DNA of 40,212 nucleotides from NCBI GenBank assembly GCA_046085905.1, contig JBJSWO010000201.1:1-40212 (forward strand), read 5' to 3'. Made by a program: the position numbers and the translations under genes. Below are positions 9,072-17,805 of this stretch, piece by piece. Origin of the DNA: Actinomycetes bacterium (lineage in GTDB: Bacteria > Actinomycetota > Actinomycetes > S36-B12). The notes below the pieces were generated by a model. That model was not told where the DNA came from. It saw only the letters and a list, made by a program, of their open reading frames with translations, and did no database searches. The stretch's first letter is position 1. Each line of letters opens with the position of its first letter.

Positions 9072-10412
9072 TCAGCCGATTGTCAGGCCTGATGTCACCG
9101 AACTCGTGTAGTCGGTCGTCGCGTTCGACCCCGAGTACAGCGCGTTGATTCCTGCCATCAGCACGAAGGTGTCGCCCCAGACGTAGGAGCCCTCCTTCGC
9201 GATCCTGTTCACGTTCGAGGTCTGCTGCAGCATCACGCCCGGGTTCGAGGAGTCCTTGGCCAGTACCGGCACGGTCGAGATCGCCTTGAGCGTGGTGCGT
9301 GCGTAAGGCTCGTACGCGACGGTGCGCAACTGCTGCTGCTCGGCGAACTGGCCGAGCAGGATGAACCCGTTCGCCGCGATCGCTGACGCCGAGGAGTCGC
9401 GTGGGGAGCCTGCGGCGGCGTCGAAATCCCACGCGGGCACGCACTGCGCATCGAGATGACCCATCCAGAAGTGAGCGGTGGTCTCGGCTGCGTCAAGGAA
9501 GGCCTGATTGCGCGTGAGCTGATACGCCCGGGCGAAGCCGAAGATCGCCCACGCCTGACCGCGTGACCAGGTGCTGTCGACGCTCATGCCCTGCCCTGCC
9601 ACGGGGCCGATCAGCGCACCCGTGGTCGGATCGAAGGTCATCCGGTGGAAGGTGGAGCCGTCATCGCGGATGAAGGTGTTGATCAGCGTCATGAGGTGCT
9701 GCTCGCCGCGTGAGCGAAGTTCCTCGCCCTCCGTGCCGCCGAGGATCATTCCCGCCTCGATGAGCAGCGGCGCATTCATGGCCGAGTCGATAATCAGGCC
9801 CCACTGGCCGTCATAGGTGCCCGACTGGATCGCCTTCACGTTCGGGTTCCAGCGAGTCGACAGTGAGCGGGCCGCTTCGAGGAAGGCCGTCCGATAGGCC
9901 GAACGTCTCTTCGCATTCGGGTCCAGGCGCATGCCGAGTTCCATCGGAATGCCGACCATGAACCCGAGGTCGTGCGTGCCCTCCCAGTCGGCGAGGGGCA
10001 GCAGGGCCTTTGTCCAGCTGCGGGCCTTCTTCAGCCACGCCTTGTCGCCTGTTCGCTGGTACATCAGCCACATCGACGACGGGAAGAAACCCGAAGTCCA
10101 GGCCTTCGGGCCGGTGCGCTCATACGACGACTGCTGGGTGAGCGCACCGATCGGATACTTGCGCGGATTGAAGTCGGCGGCTGCGCTGAGCTTGGCATTG
10201 GCAAGTGCGAAGAGCGATCCACGGTCGTAGGCGGAGAAGAGTCCGGGAGTCGCGTCGCAAGTCTGCACGTTCGCACTGCGCGCGACGAGACGGACGCTCG
10301 CGCTCGGCTCGGCGCTCGCCGAGGCACTCGAGCAGCCCTGCAGCAGCAGTGCACTGGCCACGCCAAGGGTCACGGCGAGCACCGACGTGCGCCTAGAACC
10401 GCTGCTGTTCAC
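9072..10412 (-). CDS. Glycoside hydrolase family 88 (unsaturated glucuronyl hydrolase-like) lipoprotein
   Basis: Signal peptide with lipobox LQGC; WTSGFF, THDLGF, IIDSAMN, WSRGQAW, DSSASAI and WGD motifs. Confidence 0.85.
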   Translation of the reverse strand: MNSSGSRRTSVLAVTLGVASALLLQGCSSASASAEPSASVRLVARSANVQTCDATPGLFSAYDRGSLFALANAKLSAAADFNPRKYPIGALTQQSSYERTGPKAWTSGFFPSSMWLMYQRTGDKAWLKKARSWTKALLPLADWEGTHDLGFMVGIPMELGMRLDPNAKRRSAYRTAFLEAARSLSTRWNPNVKAIQSGTYDGQWGLIIDSAMNAPLLIEAGMILGGTEGEELRSRGEQHLMTLINTFIRDDGSTFHRMTFDPTTGALIGPVAGQGMSVDSTWSRGQAWAIFGFARAYQLTRNQAFLDAAETTAHFWMGHLDAQCVPAWDFDAAAGSPRDSSASAIAANGFILLGQFAEQQQLRTVAYEPYARTTLKAISTVPVLAKDSSNPGVMLQQTSNVNRIAKEGSYVWGDTFVLMAGINALYSGSNATTDYTSSVTSGLTIG

Positions 10413-10427
10413 CTCTAGAGTCTAGGC
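10413..10427. promoter_or_regulatory. Bidirectional overlapping -10 elements for two leaderless divergent genes
   Basis: TAGAGT (+, 10416-10421) is 6 nt before ATG 10428; TAGACT (-, 10419-10424) is 6 nt before GTG 10412. Confidence 0.6.
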
Positions 10428-11300
10428 ATGGCTCGGCTGCCGATTACCTACGTCGATGTCTTCGCGGCGCGTCCGCACGAGGGCAACCACCTGCCGGTCG
10501 TTCACGCCGCGGATCTTCTCTCCGAGTCGACGATGGAGGCATACGCGCGACGCACTCGACAGTCCGAGACGTCATTCCTCCAGGCACCGACAGTGAGCCA
10601 GGCTGACTATCGCAACCGAATCTTCACCGTCGAATCCGAGATTCCCTTCGCCGGGCATCCGACTCTCGGCGCCGCTGCTGCACTGTGCCATCACGCGGGT
10701 ACTCCTACCCGCGAGCTCTGGCAGCAGTCGATGCATGGGGTGCATCGGGTACTCGTGAGCCTCGACGGGGATTCCGGCAGCGTCTCGATGGAGCAGAGCG
10801 GCTGCGAGTTCGGTGAGATCATCGATGCCGGCGACATCGCTCGCTCGTTGGGCATATCCGTCGAGGCACTTCACCCGACTCTCCCGGCGCAGGTGCTCTC
10901 GACCGGCCTGCCCATGATCGTCGTGCCGCTCGTCTCGATCGCGCCACTGCGATCGGCTCGGCTGGATCGCGACGCCCTCGGACACGCGCTCGAGTCGGTC
11001 GTGGCAGAGAGCGCAATGTCGTTGAACTGCTACGTGGTCGCCGAGGAGTCCGAAGGCGAATGGTCAGCGCGAAGCTTCAGCCTCGACGTCGTCGGCGGCG
11101 AGGATCCCGCCACAGGCTCGGCCGCCGGCCCCTTCGGCGCCTACTTGCGCGATCGCCTCGGGCTCATTCGGCTTGGCATCTCCCAGGGTGTCGACATGGG
11201 CGAGCCCAGTCGCCTGCGGGTCGATACCTCGGATGGAATCGTCGTCTCCGGTGACGTGCACGTGGTCGCGACAGGAATGGTCTCCCTGCAGGAAGGGTGA
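10428..11300 (+). CDS. PhzF family isomerase/epimerase
   Basis: VDVF...GN, SETSF, EIPFAGHPT and EDPATGSA motifs. Confidence 0.92.
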   Translation: MARLPITYVDVFAARPHEGNHLPVVHAADLLSESTMEAYARRTRQSETSFLQAPTVSQADYRNRIFTVESEIPFAGHPTLGAAAALCHHAGTPTRELWQQSMHGVHRVLVSLDGDSGSVSMEQSGCEFGEIIDAGDIARSLGISVEALHPTLPAQVLSTGLPMIVVPLVSIAPLRSARLDRDALGHALESVVAESAMSLNCYVVAEESEGEWSARSFSLDVVGGEDPATGSAAGPFGAYLRDRLGLIRLGISQGVDMGEPSRLRVDTSDGIVVSGDVHVVATGMVSLQEG

Positions 11301-11327
11301 TTCGGCGCGCGGTGCGATCAGGAGCCC

Positions 11328-12320
11328 TCAGGCGCGGACGAGGAGCACGAGCTTGCCCGTGATCGCACCGGCCTCGATGAGTGCATGCGCATCGCCGGCC
11401 TCGTCAATCGGCATCACTCGATCGACGACCGGCTTCACGATGCCTGCCGCGATCCATGGCCACACAGCACGCTCGACTGCTGCGCAGATTGCTGCCTTCT
11501 CGGAGTCGGGCCGCCCGCGCAGGCCGGTGGCCGTGATAGCCGCGTTCTTGCGCAGCATCGTGTTGAGGTTCAACTCGGCCTTGATGCCGCCCTGCAGGCC
11601 GACGACGACAAGGCGACCATTGCGCGCAAGCGCATGGATATTGCGCTCGAGATACTTGGCGCCCATGTTGTCGAGGATGACGTCGACTCCGCGTCCGCCG
11701 GTCTCGGCCTTGATGACCTCGACGAAATCCTGCTCGTTGTAGTTGATGAGTACCTCGGCGCCGAGAGCCTCGCACACGTCGAGCTTTGCCCGGCTGCCTG
11801 CGGTCACCGCGACTCGCGCACCGAGCGCTCGTGCGACCTGTATCGCGAAGGTGCCGATGCCGGAGCCGCCGCCGTGGATGAGCACCCACTCGCCCTCGGT
11901 CAGGTGCGCGGTCATGACGAGATTGCTCCACACCGTGCAGGCCGCCTCGGGCAGTCCGGCAGCGGTGACGAGATCGATGCCGGCGGGAACGCTCATGACC
12001 TGGCCGGCGGGCACGGCCACCTGCTCGGCGTAGCCACCGCCGGAGAGCAGGGCGGTCACCTGATCGCCCACGTTCAGATGCGTGACCCCGGATGACACTG
12101 CGGCGATGGTGCCGGAGCACTCGAGACCCATGATGCGCGTGGCTCCGGCGGGCGGGTCGTAGAAGCCCTGGCGCTGCAGAAGGTCAGCGCGATTGACCGC
12201 GGTGGCAGTGACGTTGATCAGGACCTCGCCGGCGTTCAGCTCAGGCGACGCCACCTCGACCCAGTGCATCGCCTCCGGGCCGCCCTTGCCGCCGTCGACC
12301 TCTATCGCCTGCATGCTCAC
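11328..12320 (-). CDS. NAD(P)H-quinone oxidoreductase (PIG3/zeta-crystallin family)
   Basis: VNRADLLQRQGFY, GLECSG, GGGYAE, LPEA, HGGGSGIG and GKLVL motifs. Confidence 0.93.
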   Translation of the reverse strand: MSMQAIEVDGGKGGPEAMHWVEVASPELNAGEVLINVTATAVNRADLLQRQGFYDPPAGATRIMGLECSGTIAAVSSGVTHLNVGDQVTALLSGGGYAEQVAVPAGQVMSVPAGIDLVTAAGLPEAACTVWSNLVMTAHLTEGEWVLIHGGGSGIGTFAIQVARALGARVAVTAGSRAKLDVCEALGAEVLINYNEQDFVEVIKAETGGRGVDVILDNMGAKYLERNIHALARNGRLVVVGLQGGIKAELNLNTMLRKNAAITATGLRGRPDSEKAAICAAVERAVWPWIAAGIVKPVVDRVMPIDEAGDAHALIEAGAITGKLVLLVRA

Positions 12321-12329
12321 CCGTGAAGG

Positions 12330-13415
12330 CTAGTGGTCGCCATGTCGCCCATTCGCGGAGCGGATCACGACGAGACGGTCGCCGGCCTGCAGGGTCTGCG
12401 AGCCATCATCGTCGAAACGCATCACGGTGCTTCCGCGCATGATCGCGAGTACAAGCTGACCGGAGGTGTCGAGATCCGAGGGATGGCGGCCGACTTCCGA
12501 GGGAAGCACGTCTCGCTCGGTGACATCGAGACCGCGCGCCGAGTCGAGGAGATCCTCCATCAGCTCGCCGGCCACGGGGGCGACGAGGGAGAGGCCCATG
12601 AGATGGCCGGCGGACTCCGCGGTCGGAATGACGGTGTTCGCCCCTGATTGGCGCAGGATGTCGGCGTTGACTGACTCACGAGCGGATACGACGATGGTCG
12701 CGGTCGGGGACAGACGCCGAGCAGTCAGCGTGCACAGCACCGTGGTGTCATCCTCATCGACGGCGATGATGACGCGGGATGCGCGCTGGATCACCGCATC
12801 AATCAGAACGTCCTCGCGTCGGCCGTCTCCGATAACACCGACGTAGCCCAGGCGCGTGGCCTCATCGATCGCTGCGCGGTCCTCCGAGACGATGACGATG
12901 TCCTTGGGCGAGGTGCCGGAGTCGACGACCGTGCGCGCTGCGCTGCGGCCCTTGACGCCGAACCCGATGATGATCGTGTGATCCTGCACGTTCTTCCTCC
13001 AGCGTGATGAGCGGAATTCCTCGCGCGTGCGACGGGTGAGCACCTCGACAGTCGTGCCGACCAGCACGATGAGGAAGAGGAACCTCAAGGGAGTGATGAC
13101 CAGCACGTTCGCGAGCCGGGATGACTGGCAGATCGGCACGATGTCGCCATAGCCGGTCGTCGAGAGGGAGACCGTGGCGTAGTAGATCGCATCGAGCGGG
13201 GTGAGCGTGCCGGTGATGCCGCGATCGGCGTAGCAGTCTCGCTCGAGGTAGACGGTGAATGCGGTGATCAGCAGGGCGGCGAGGGCTACGCCGAAACGCA
13301 GGGCGATATTCGCGACGGGGCCGAGCCTGTTGCTGGAGAAGCGAAGGCGGCCGCTGCCCGGCCCGTCGGAGGGCTGGAGACGGAAGCGTCCGCCCTCGCT
13401 GCGCTGTTCTGGCAC
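12330..13415 (-). CDS. Potassium channel with TrkA-N/RCK domain
   Basis: Selectivity filter STTGYGD; GFGVKG Rossmann-like RCK domain; C-terminal TrkA-C-like segment. Confidence 0.92.
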   Translation of the reverse strand: MPEQRSEGGRFRLQPSDGPGSGRLRFSSNRLGPVANIALRFGVALAALLITAFTVYLERDCYADRGITGTLTPLDAIYYATVSLSTTGYGDIVPICQSSRLANVLVITPLRFLFLIVLVGTTVEVLTRRTREEFRSSRWRKNVQDHTIIIGFGVKGRSAARTVVDSGTSPKDIVIVSEDRAAIDEATRLGYVGVIGDGRREDVLIDAVIQRASRVIIAVDEDDTTVLCTLTARRLSPTATIVVSARESVNADILRQSGANTVIPTAESAGHLMGLSLVAPVAGELMEDLLDSARGLDVTERDVLPSEVGRHPSDLDTSGQLVLAIMRGSTVMRFDDDGSQTLQAGDRLVVIRSANGRHGDH

Positions 13416-13450
13416 GAAGCGACTATCCCATGCTCGTGCGGGCCGCGTGA

Positions 13451-14362
13451 TTAGGAGGTGACGGTGGATTCCAGCAGGCGCTTGCCGGCGGCGCGCTCGC
13501 GCAGGATCAGCACGACGACAACGACCGCGCCGATGAGGGCGATCGCGCCGCTGAGAATCGCGGGTGCACCGAGCAGCTTGATCGCGGTAGCGGCCAGCAC
13601 GATCATCAGCAGCCAGCGCAGGCGGTGACCGTCGTAGCGCGAGGAGAGACGGGCTCCGAGGTAGATGCCCGGAATCTGGCCGATGAGCAGCGAGACCACG
13701 ACGGCGATGCTGATGTCGCCGAAGCCGGCGTGCGCGATCGCGCCGGCAATGAGCATCGGCACGGCCTGGGTCAGGTCAGTGCCCACCAGGATCGACGGGC
13801 GCAGAAGCGGGTAGAGCAGCAGCATCACGGTAACGATCAGCGAGCCGGAGCCCACCGAGGTCATGCCGACAATCGCGCCGACGAAGAAGCCGAGCAGCAT
13901 GGTGCGCACGATCTTCACGGGCATGTCGGTGCCCTGTTGCGGCTGCTCGCCACGAATGCGCTTGGCGCGAGCGGCCACGAAGTTCTTGGCGATCATCGCG
14001 GCGAGGGCCAGGATCAGCACCCAGCCGATCCAGGTGCGGATCGTCTCGCTGGCCTCGTCGGTGTTCAGCACCTTCGCGAAGCTCAGGGTGCCGATGCGCA
14101 CGCCGGGAATCGCGCCGGCGGAGAGCCAGCCGACCAGGCCCCAGTGTACGGTCTTCGCGCGGATGTGCACCCACGCACCGACCGGCTTCATGATCGCGGA
14201 GGCCACGACATCACTGGAGACGGCGGCGGCGGGGTTGATGCCGAAGATGAGCACGAGCATCGGAGTCACCAGAGCGGCACCGCCCATGCCGGTGAGGCCG
14301 ACCATGATCCCGGCGATCAGGCCGCCGAGGGAGAGGGCGAGATCGAGGTCTCCGAGGCTCAT
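13451..14362 (-). CDS. Sulfite exporter TauE/SafE family protein
   Basis: VGLTGMGGAALVTP, VGMTSVGSGS and VGTDL motifs; multiple TM helices. Confidence 0.9.
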   Translation of the reverse strand: MSLGDLDLALSLGGLIAGIMVGLTGMGGAALVTPMLVLIFGINPAAAVSSDVVASAIMKPVGAWVHIRAKTVHWGLVGWLSAGAIPGVRIGTLSFAKVLNTDEASETIRTWIGWVLILALAAMIAKNFVAARAKRIRGEQPQQGTDMPVKIVRTMLLGFFVGAIVGMTSVGSGSLIVTVMLLLYPLLRPSILVGTDLTQAVPMLIAGAIAHAGFGDISIAVVVSLLIGQIPGIYLGARLSSRYDGHRLRWLLMIVLAATAIKLLGAPAILSGAIALIGAVVVVVLILRERAAGKRLLESTVTS

Positions 14363-14384
14363 TGTGCTGAGGGTAATGACTTCC

Positions 14385-14430
14385 CTCCGCTTTTACTACT
14401 TAATAGGTAGACAAAGAGGTAAAGGCGGAG
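14385..14430. promoter_or_regulatory. AT-rich candidate operator (CTAC-N7-GTAG) inside an imperfect inverted repeat upstream of TauE
   Basis: ctacttaataggtag at 14396-14410, flanked by ctccgctttta / taaaggcggag; TACCCT -10 (minus strand, 14370-14375) lies 7 nt before the TauE ATG. Confidence 0.4.
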
Positions 14431-14453
14431 TGTCGAGGGAAGGACGGGCCGGC

Positions 14454-15668
14454 TCAGGCCAGTGGGATGTAGTGCAGGACGTCGCCGCGGTAGCCCGCCC
14501 CCGGCGGGCAGATCGCCACGGCATCGGCCCGCGCCCAGCCGACCAGCCCCGCAGGGCCGTCCTCCGCCAGCGGACGCAGCAAGGTGGCACCGTCGCGCGT
14601 CTCGCGGCGCACCGGAGCCAGCCGCGTGTCATCGGCATAGTCCGCGGCAGGCGCATCGTCGAGCAGCACGCCCGTCGGATGATCGATGACGTTCGTGCGC
14701 CCGCTCATCGCGCGGAGCAACGGACCCACGAGCGTGACAAGGCCGGCGAGGGCCGCAGCGGGGTGACCTGGAAGGCCCACGAGGATGCGTCCGTCGGGAA
14801 GCCGGGCCATGAGCATCTGCGCACCGGGGGTGACACTGACTCCATCGATCAGCCAGCGCGCGCCGAGATCACCGATCACCTGGCGCACGTGATTGCCGGG
14901 CGCCGGCTCCGTGGATCCTGTCGTGATGATGACATCGACGTTCGCGTCATCGATCTCGGTCAGCAGCAGCTCTGCGGTGTCAGGTGCCCGTTTCGCTGGA
15001 TTGCCGATGCCGCCGTTCGCGCTGATGAACGAGGGAATGGTCATGCCGAGTGCATCGCGCACGCGTCCTTCCCGCGGCATGCCATGAGACAGCAGCGAGC
15101 GTCCGAGAACGATGAGCCCGACGGTCGGCGGCTTCACGATGTCGATGGTGTCGTGGCCGGTGGCCGCTGCGAGTGCGAGCACCGCGGGGGTCACGATCGA
15201 GCCTGCGGCCACGAGCTCATGCCCGGCAGGGCCGAGATCACCCTGACGAATGATGCCGCTGCCGAAATCCGGCCGAGCACGCTCATCCGGCACGCCACTG
15301 AGCGGATCGCAGGCGAAGACGTGCACCGAGCCACTGCTGCTGGTCTCCGAGACAGAGTCGGCGAGAGCGAGGACTGCATCGGTGTGATGGGGAATGGCAT
15401 CACCGGCTCGCACGCTCACTGCCTCGCCCGGACCGACAGTCGAGTCGAGCACCAGCGACCACGGGCCCTCACCGCAGACGGCGTAACCATGAAAGGCAGC
15501 CGCGTCATGGGCCGGATCATCGGCAAGCGTGGAGAGCGCGCGGGAGAGAACGCCGCCGGCAGCCTCGTCGAGACGCGCCTTCACGCTCGGCAGGGCTCCT
15601 GAGCACGTAGCCGCTACATGATGCGCCTGAGCCCAGCTCAGGACACCGTCGAGGCCAATCGTGCTCAC
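14454..15668 (-). CDS. MoeA/gephyrin-like protein with degenerate active-site motifs
   Basis: AFHGYAV, IITTGST, VSVTPG, GLPGHP and ADAVAI align with MoeA domains but deviate from SAMDGYAV, TGG, KPG and LPGNP. Confidence 0.75.
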   Translation of the reverse strand: MSTIGLDGVLSWAQAHHVAATCSGALPSVKARLDEAAGGVLSRALSTLADDPAHDAAAFHGYAVCGEGPWSLVLDSTVGPGEAVSVRAGDAIPHHTDAVLALADSVSETSSSGSVHVFACDPLSGVPDERARPDFGSGIIRQGDLGPAGHELVAAGSIVTPAVLALAAATGHDTIDIVKPPTVGLIVLGRSLLSHGMPREGRVRDALGMTIPSFISANGGIGNPAKRAPDTAELLLTEIDDANVDVIITTGSTEPAPGNHVRQVIGDLGARWLIDGVSVTPGAQMLMARLPDGRILVGLPGHPAAALAGLVTLVGPLLRAMSGRTNVIDHPTGVLLDDAPAADYADDTRLAPVRRETRDGATLLRPLAEDGPAGLVGWARADAVAICPPGAGYRGDVLHYIPLA

Positions 15669-15672
15669 GGGG

Positions 15673-16260
15673 TCATGCTGGCACGCGCGGTGTCTGCTTC
15701 TCGCGAATGGGTCGTGTCGGGGCGGGAGCCGGGACGAAACCGCGGGCGATCAGCGCGAAGACGATGATCGCGCTGATGGCGACGAGGAAGGCGAGCGACC
15801 ATGAAGCCAGGGCATCAGTGCCGGCCAGCACGTAGTGAGCCGTGGCGAGCGGCCACGCGGCATAGGCCAGGTAGTGACTGCGCTTGAACCACGCATTGCC
15901 GCGCTTGCCCAGCCGAGGCCTGATGCGACCGATGATCGTGACGGGAATCAGGATCCAGAAGGCGATGGTGCCGAGAGCGACATCGAAGGCCTTCCACGGG
16001 GCGGTGCCCGGAATCAGGATCTGGCCGATCGTGAAGCTCACGGAGTGATCGAAGATCAGCAGGATCATGTGAAGAACCAGGAAGAACAGCGCCGTGACCC
16101 CGAGCCAGCGATGCATGTCGAGCAGGCGCATCGGAGAGGCAACCCTGCCGAGTAGCCGGGTGCGCAGCAGGATGCCCCAGATGACCACGGCCGAGAGCAG
16201 GCCCCAGGCAGTCAGCCCGCTGGCGCGAATAGCCAGCCAGGTCCAGGGAAGCTCACTCAT
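15673..16260 (-). CDS. Ferric-reductase-like transmembrane (heme b) protein
   Basis: RASGL; His residues in HRWL, LHM, SHYLAY and HY..AGTD; about 6 TM helices; overlaps the end of apbE. Confidence 0.88.
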   Translation of the reverse strand: MSELPWTWLAIRASGLTAWGLLSAVVIWGILLRTRLLGRVASPMRLLDMHRWLGVTALFFLVLHMILLIFDHSVSFTIGQILIPGTAPWKAFDVALGTIAFWILIPVTIIGRIRPRLGKRGNAWFKRSHYLAYAAWPLATAHYVLAGTDALASWSLAFLVAISAIIVFALIARGFVPAPAPTRPIREKQTPRVPA

Positions 16261-17242
16261 CGCCTAGCAACCCCAGCGGCGTCATCAGCACGTGCACGAG
16301 CTCGTTCTCGTCGAGCCACTCCTCGGCCTTCTCGCTGCCCAGCAGGAGTGCCGTCGTGGCAGCGACCTCTGCCCACCACCCCGTGGAGGCGGCGATCGTG
16401 GCCTGCACGAGATCAGTGCGCGCGACATCGCCGGTGCGCGGGTCAATCACGTGATGACGCCCGTCGGCCCAGACGCGCTTGAGTGTCGTGGACGTCGCGA
16501 CCGCACCGTGATCAGTGCCGGCCTCGAACTCGAGATGGCGCACGACACGATCATCGACATCGAGGGGAAGTCGTTCATCGAGAATGGCCATGACCCACGG
16601 TGCATCGCTTCCCGGCGAGCCGGCGAACACGATGTCGCCGCCGAGATTGACGAGCACGCCGTCAGCGCCGGAATTCATAAGCTCCTCGACGATGATGTCG
16701 GCGGCCAGGCCCTTGCCGATCGCTCCGGGGTCGAGGCCGACACCTGCGGGAAGCGAGATCGTCATCGCTTCCTCGTCGATGACGATGTCGCCCATGCCCG
16801 GCGCTCGCGAGACCTGAGCGGTCACCATGGCAATGGCATCGCGGGCGATGACGGAGGCGAAGTCGCGGTCGTATCCGAGTGCGTTCATCGACTCGATGAC
16901 GGTCGGATCGAAGAGGCCGCCGGAGGCCTGCCAGGCCTCGCGCATGATGTCGACGAGGGTGAGGAGATCCTCGGAGACCGTCACGGGGCCCGTGCCGGCG
17001 AGTGAGTTTAGGTGAGTGAGCTCGCTCGTGGCCCGAAAGCGTGACCAGCACTGCTCCAGCAACTCGACGCGATGCGCACCGGCCTTCGCCAGTTCCGCGG
17101 CGCCCGGGCCGTAGACGAGGAGCTCGCAGTCGGTGCCCATGGCGCGGAAGGCAAGACTCTCGGGCAGCATCTCGGACTCCACGACCGCCACGCTAGTCGC
17201 TGCATCGCCGGCCACCTGCGAGCGCAGGACCTGCATGCTCAT
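16253..17242 (-). CDS. apbE: FAD:protein FMN transferase
   Basis: AMGT, SRFRATSEL, FDPT, DPGAIGKG, VNLGGD, VATS and HHVIDPRTG motifs. Confidence 0.93.
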   Translation of the reverse strand: MSMQVLRSQVAGDAATSVAVVESEMLPESLAFRAMGTDCELLVYGPGAAELAKAGAHRVELLEQCWSRFRATSELTHLNSLAGTGPVTVSEDLLTLVDIMREAWQASGGLFDPTVIESMNALGYDRDFASVIARDAIAMVTAQVSRAPGMGDIVIDEEAMTISLPAGVGLDPGAIGKGLAADIIVEELMNSGADGVLVNLGGDIVFAGSPGSDAPWVMAILDERLPLDVDDRVVRHLEFEAGTDHGAVATSTTLKRVWADGRHHVIDPRTGDVARTDLVQATIAASTGWWAEVAATTALLLGSEKAEEWLDENELVHVLMTPLGLLGDE

Positions 17243-17244
17243 GA

Positions 17245-17805
17245 CTAGCTCGACTTGGACTGTGCCTGCGGGCGAGGCGCAGCCTGCTGCTGCTGAACCT
17301 GTGCCTGCGGGCGAGGCGCGGGCTTGGCTGCCGGTGCAGGTGCCTGAACCTCGGGCTGGGCCTGGGCCTGCTGCGGTGCAGGAGACGTGACCTTGGCCTT
17401 CGCCTTCGCCTTCTGCTTGAGTGCCTTCGCCTTCGGCGTCTTGATCGATGCACCGGACTTTGCGGAGGGCACCGCAGCCTGCTGCGCTGCGCCGTTCAGG
17501 GAAGCAGCGGCGAGAGCGAGCTGATCGCGATAGTCAATGAGCTTCAGGCGCTCGGCCTCGAGCTGGGCAGCGTATTGATCGAGTTGCTCCTGCGTGAGCC
17601 CTGTCGACGTGGTCGCGGCGACGAGCGTCGCATCAGTGACCTCGGTTGCATCCTGTGCGCTCGCGGCCTGTGCATCCTGAGTCGTGCGCACGGCAATGAC
17701 GCCGACGAGACCCGCGCATGCGGCTGCGGCGAGTCCGGCGGACACCACCTTGTCTGTGGTCGAGTGTCCGCGGCGGCTGGGCCGGCGTACCTGAGAATTA
17801 GTCAT
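17245..17805 (-). CDS. Membrane-anchored/exported protein with a coiled coil and an Ala/Pro/Gln-rich tail; candidate ApbE substrate
   Basis: ATG 17805 overlaps the upstream stop (ATGACTAA); basic N-terminus plus hydrophobic helix; internal KSGAS; C-terminus QAQSKSS. Confidence 0.7.
   Translation of the reverse strand: MTNSQVRRPSRRGHSTTDKVVSAGLAAAACAGLVGVIAVRTTQDAQAASAQDATEVTDATLVAATTSTGLTQEQLDQYAAQLEAERLKLIDYRDQLALAAASLNGAAQQAAVPSAKSGASIKTPKAKALKQKAKAKAKVTSPAPQQAQAQPEVQAPAPAAKPAPRPQAQVQQQQAAPRPQAQSKSS
17260..17319. repeat. 21-bp direct repeat x2 (ctgtgcctgcgggcgaggcgc), encoding APRPQAQ
   Basis: Identical copies at 17260-17280 and 17299-17319 within the low-complexity tail. Confidence 0.85.

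Noticed and set aside
13863-15602. 579-aa plus-strand ORF and other long antisense ORFs (e.g. 544-1326, 3006-4022, 35759-36964)
   Set aside because: Shadow ORFs opposite well-supported genes, expected in high-GC DNA; no recognisable motifs
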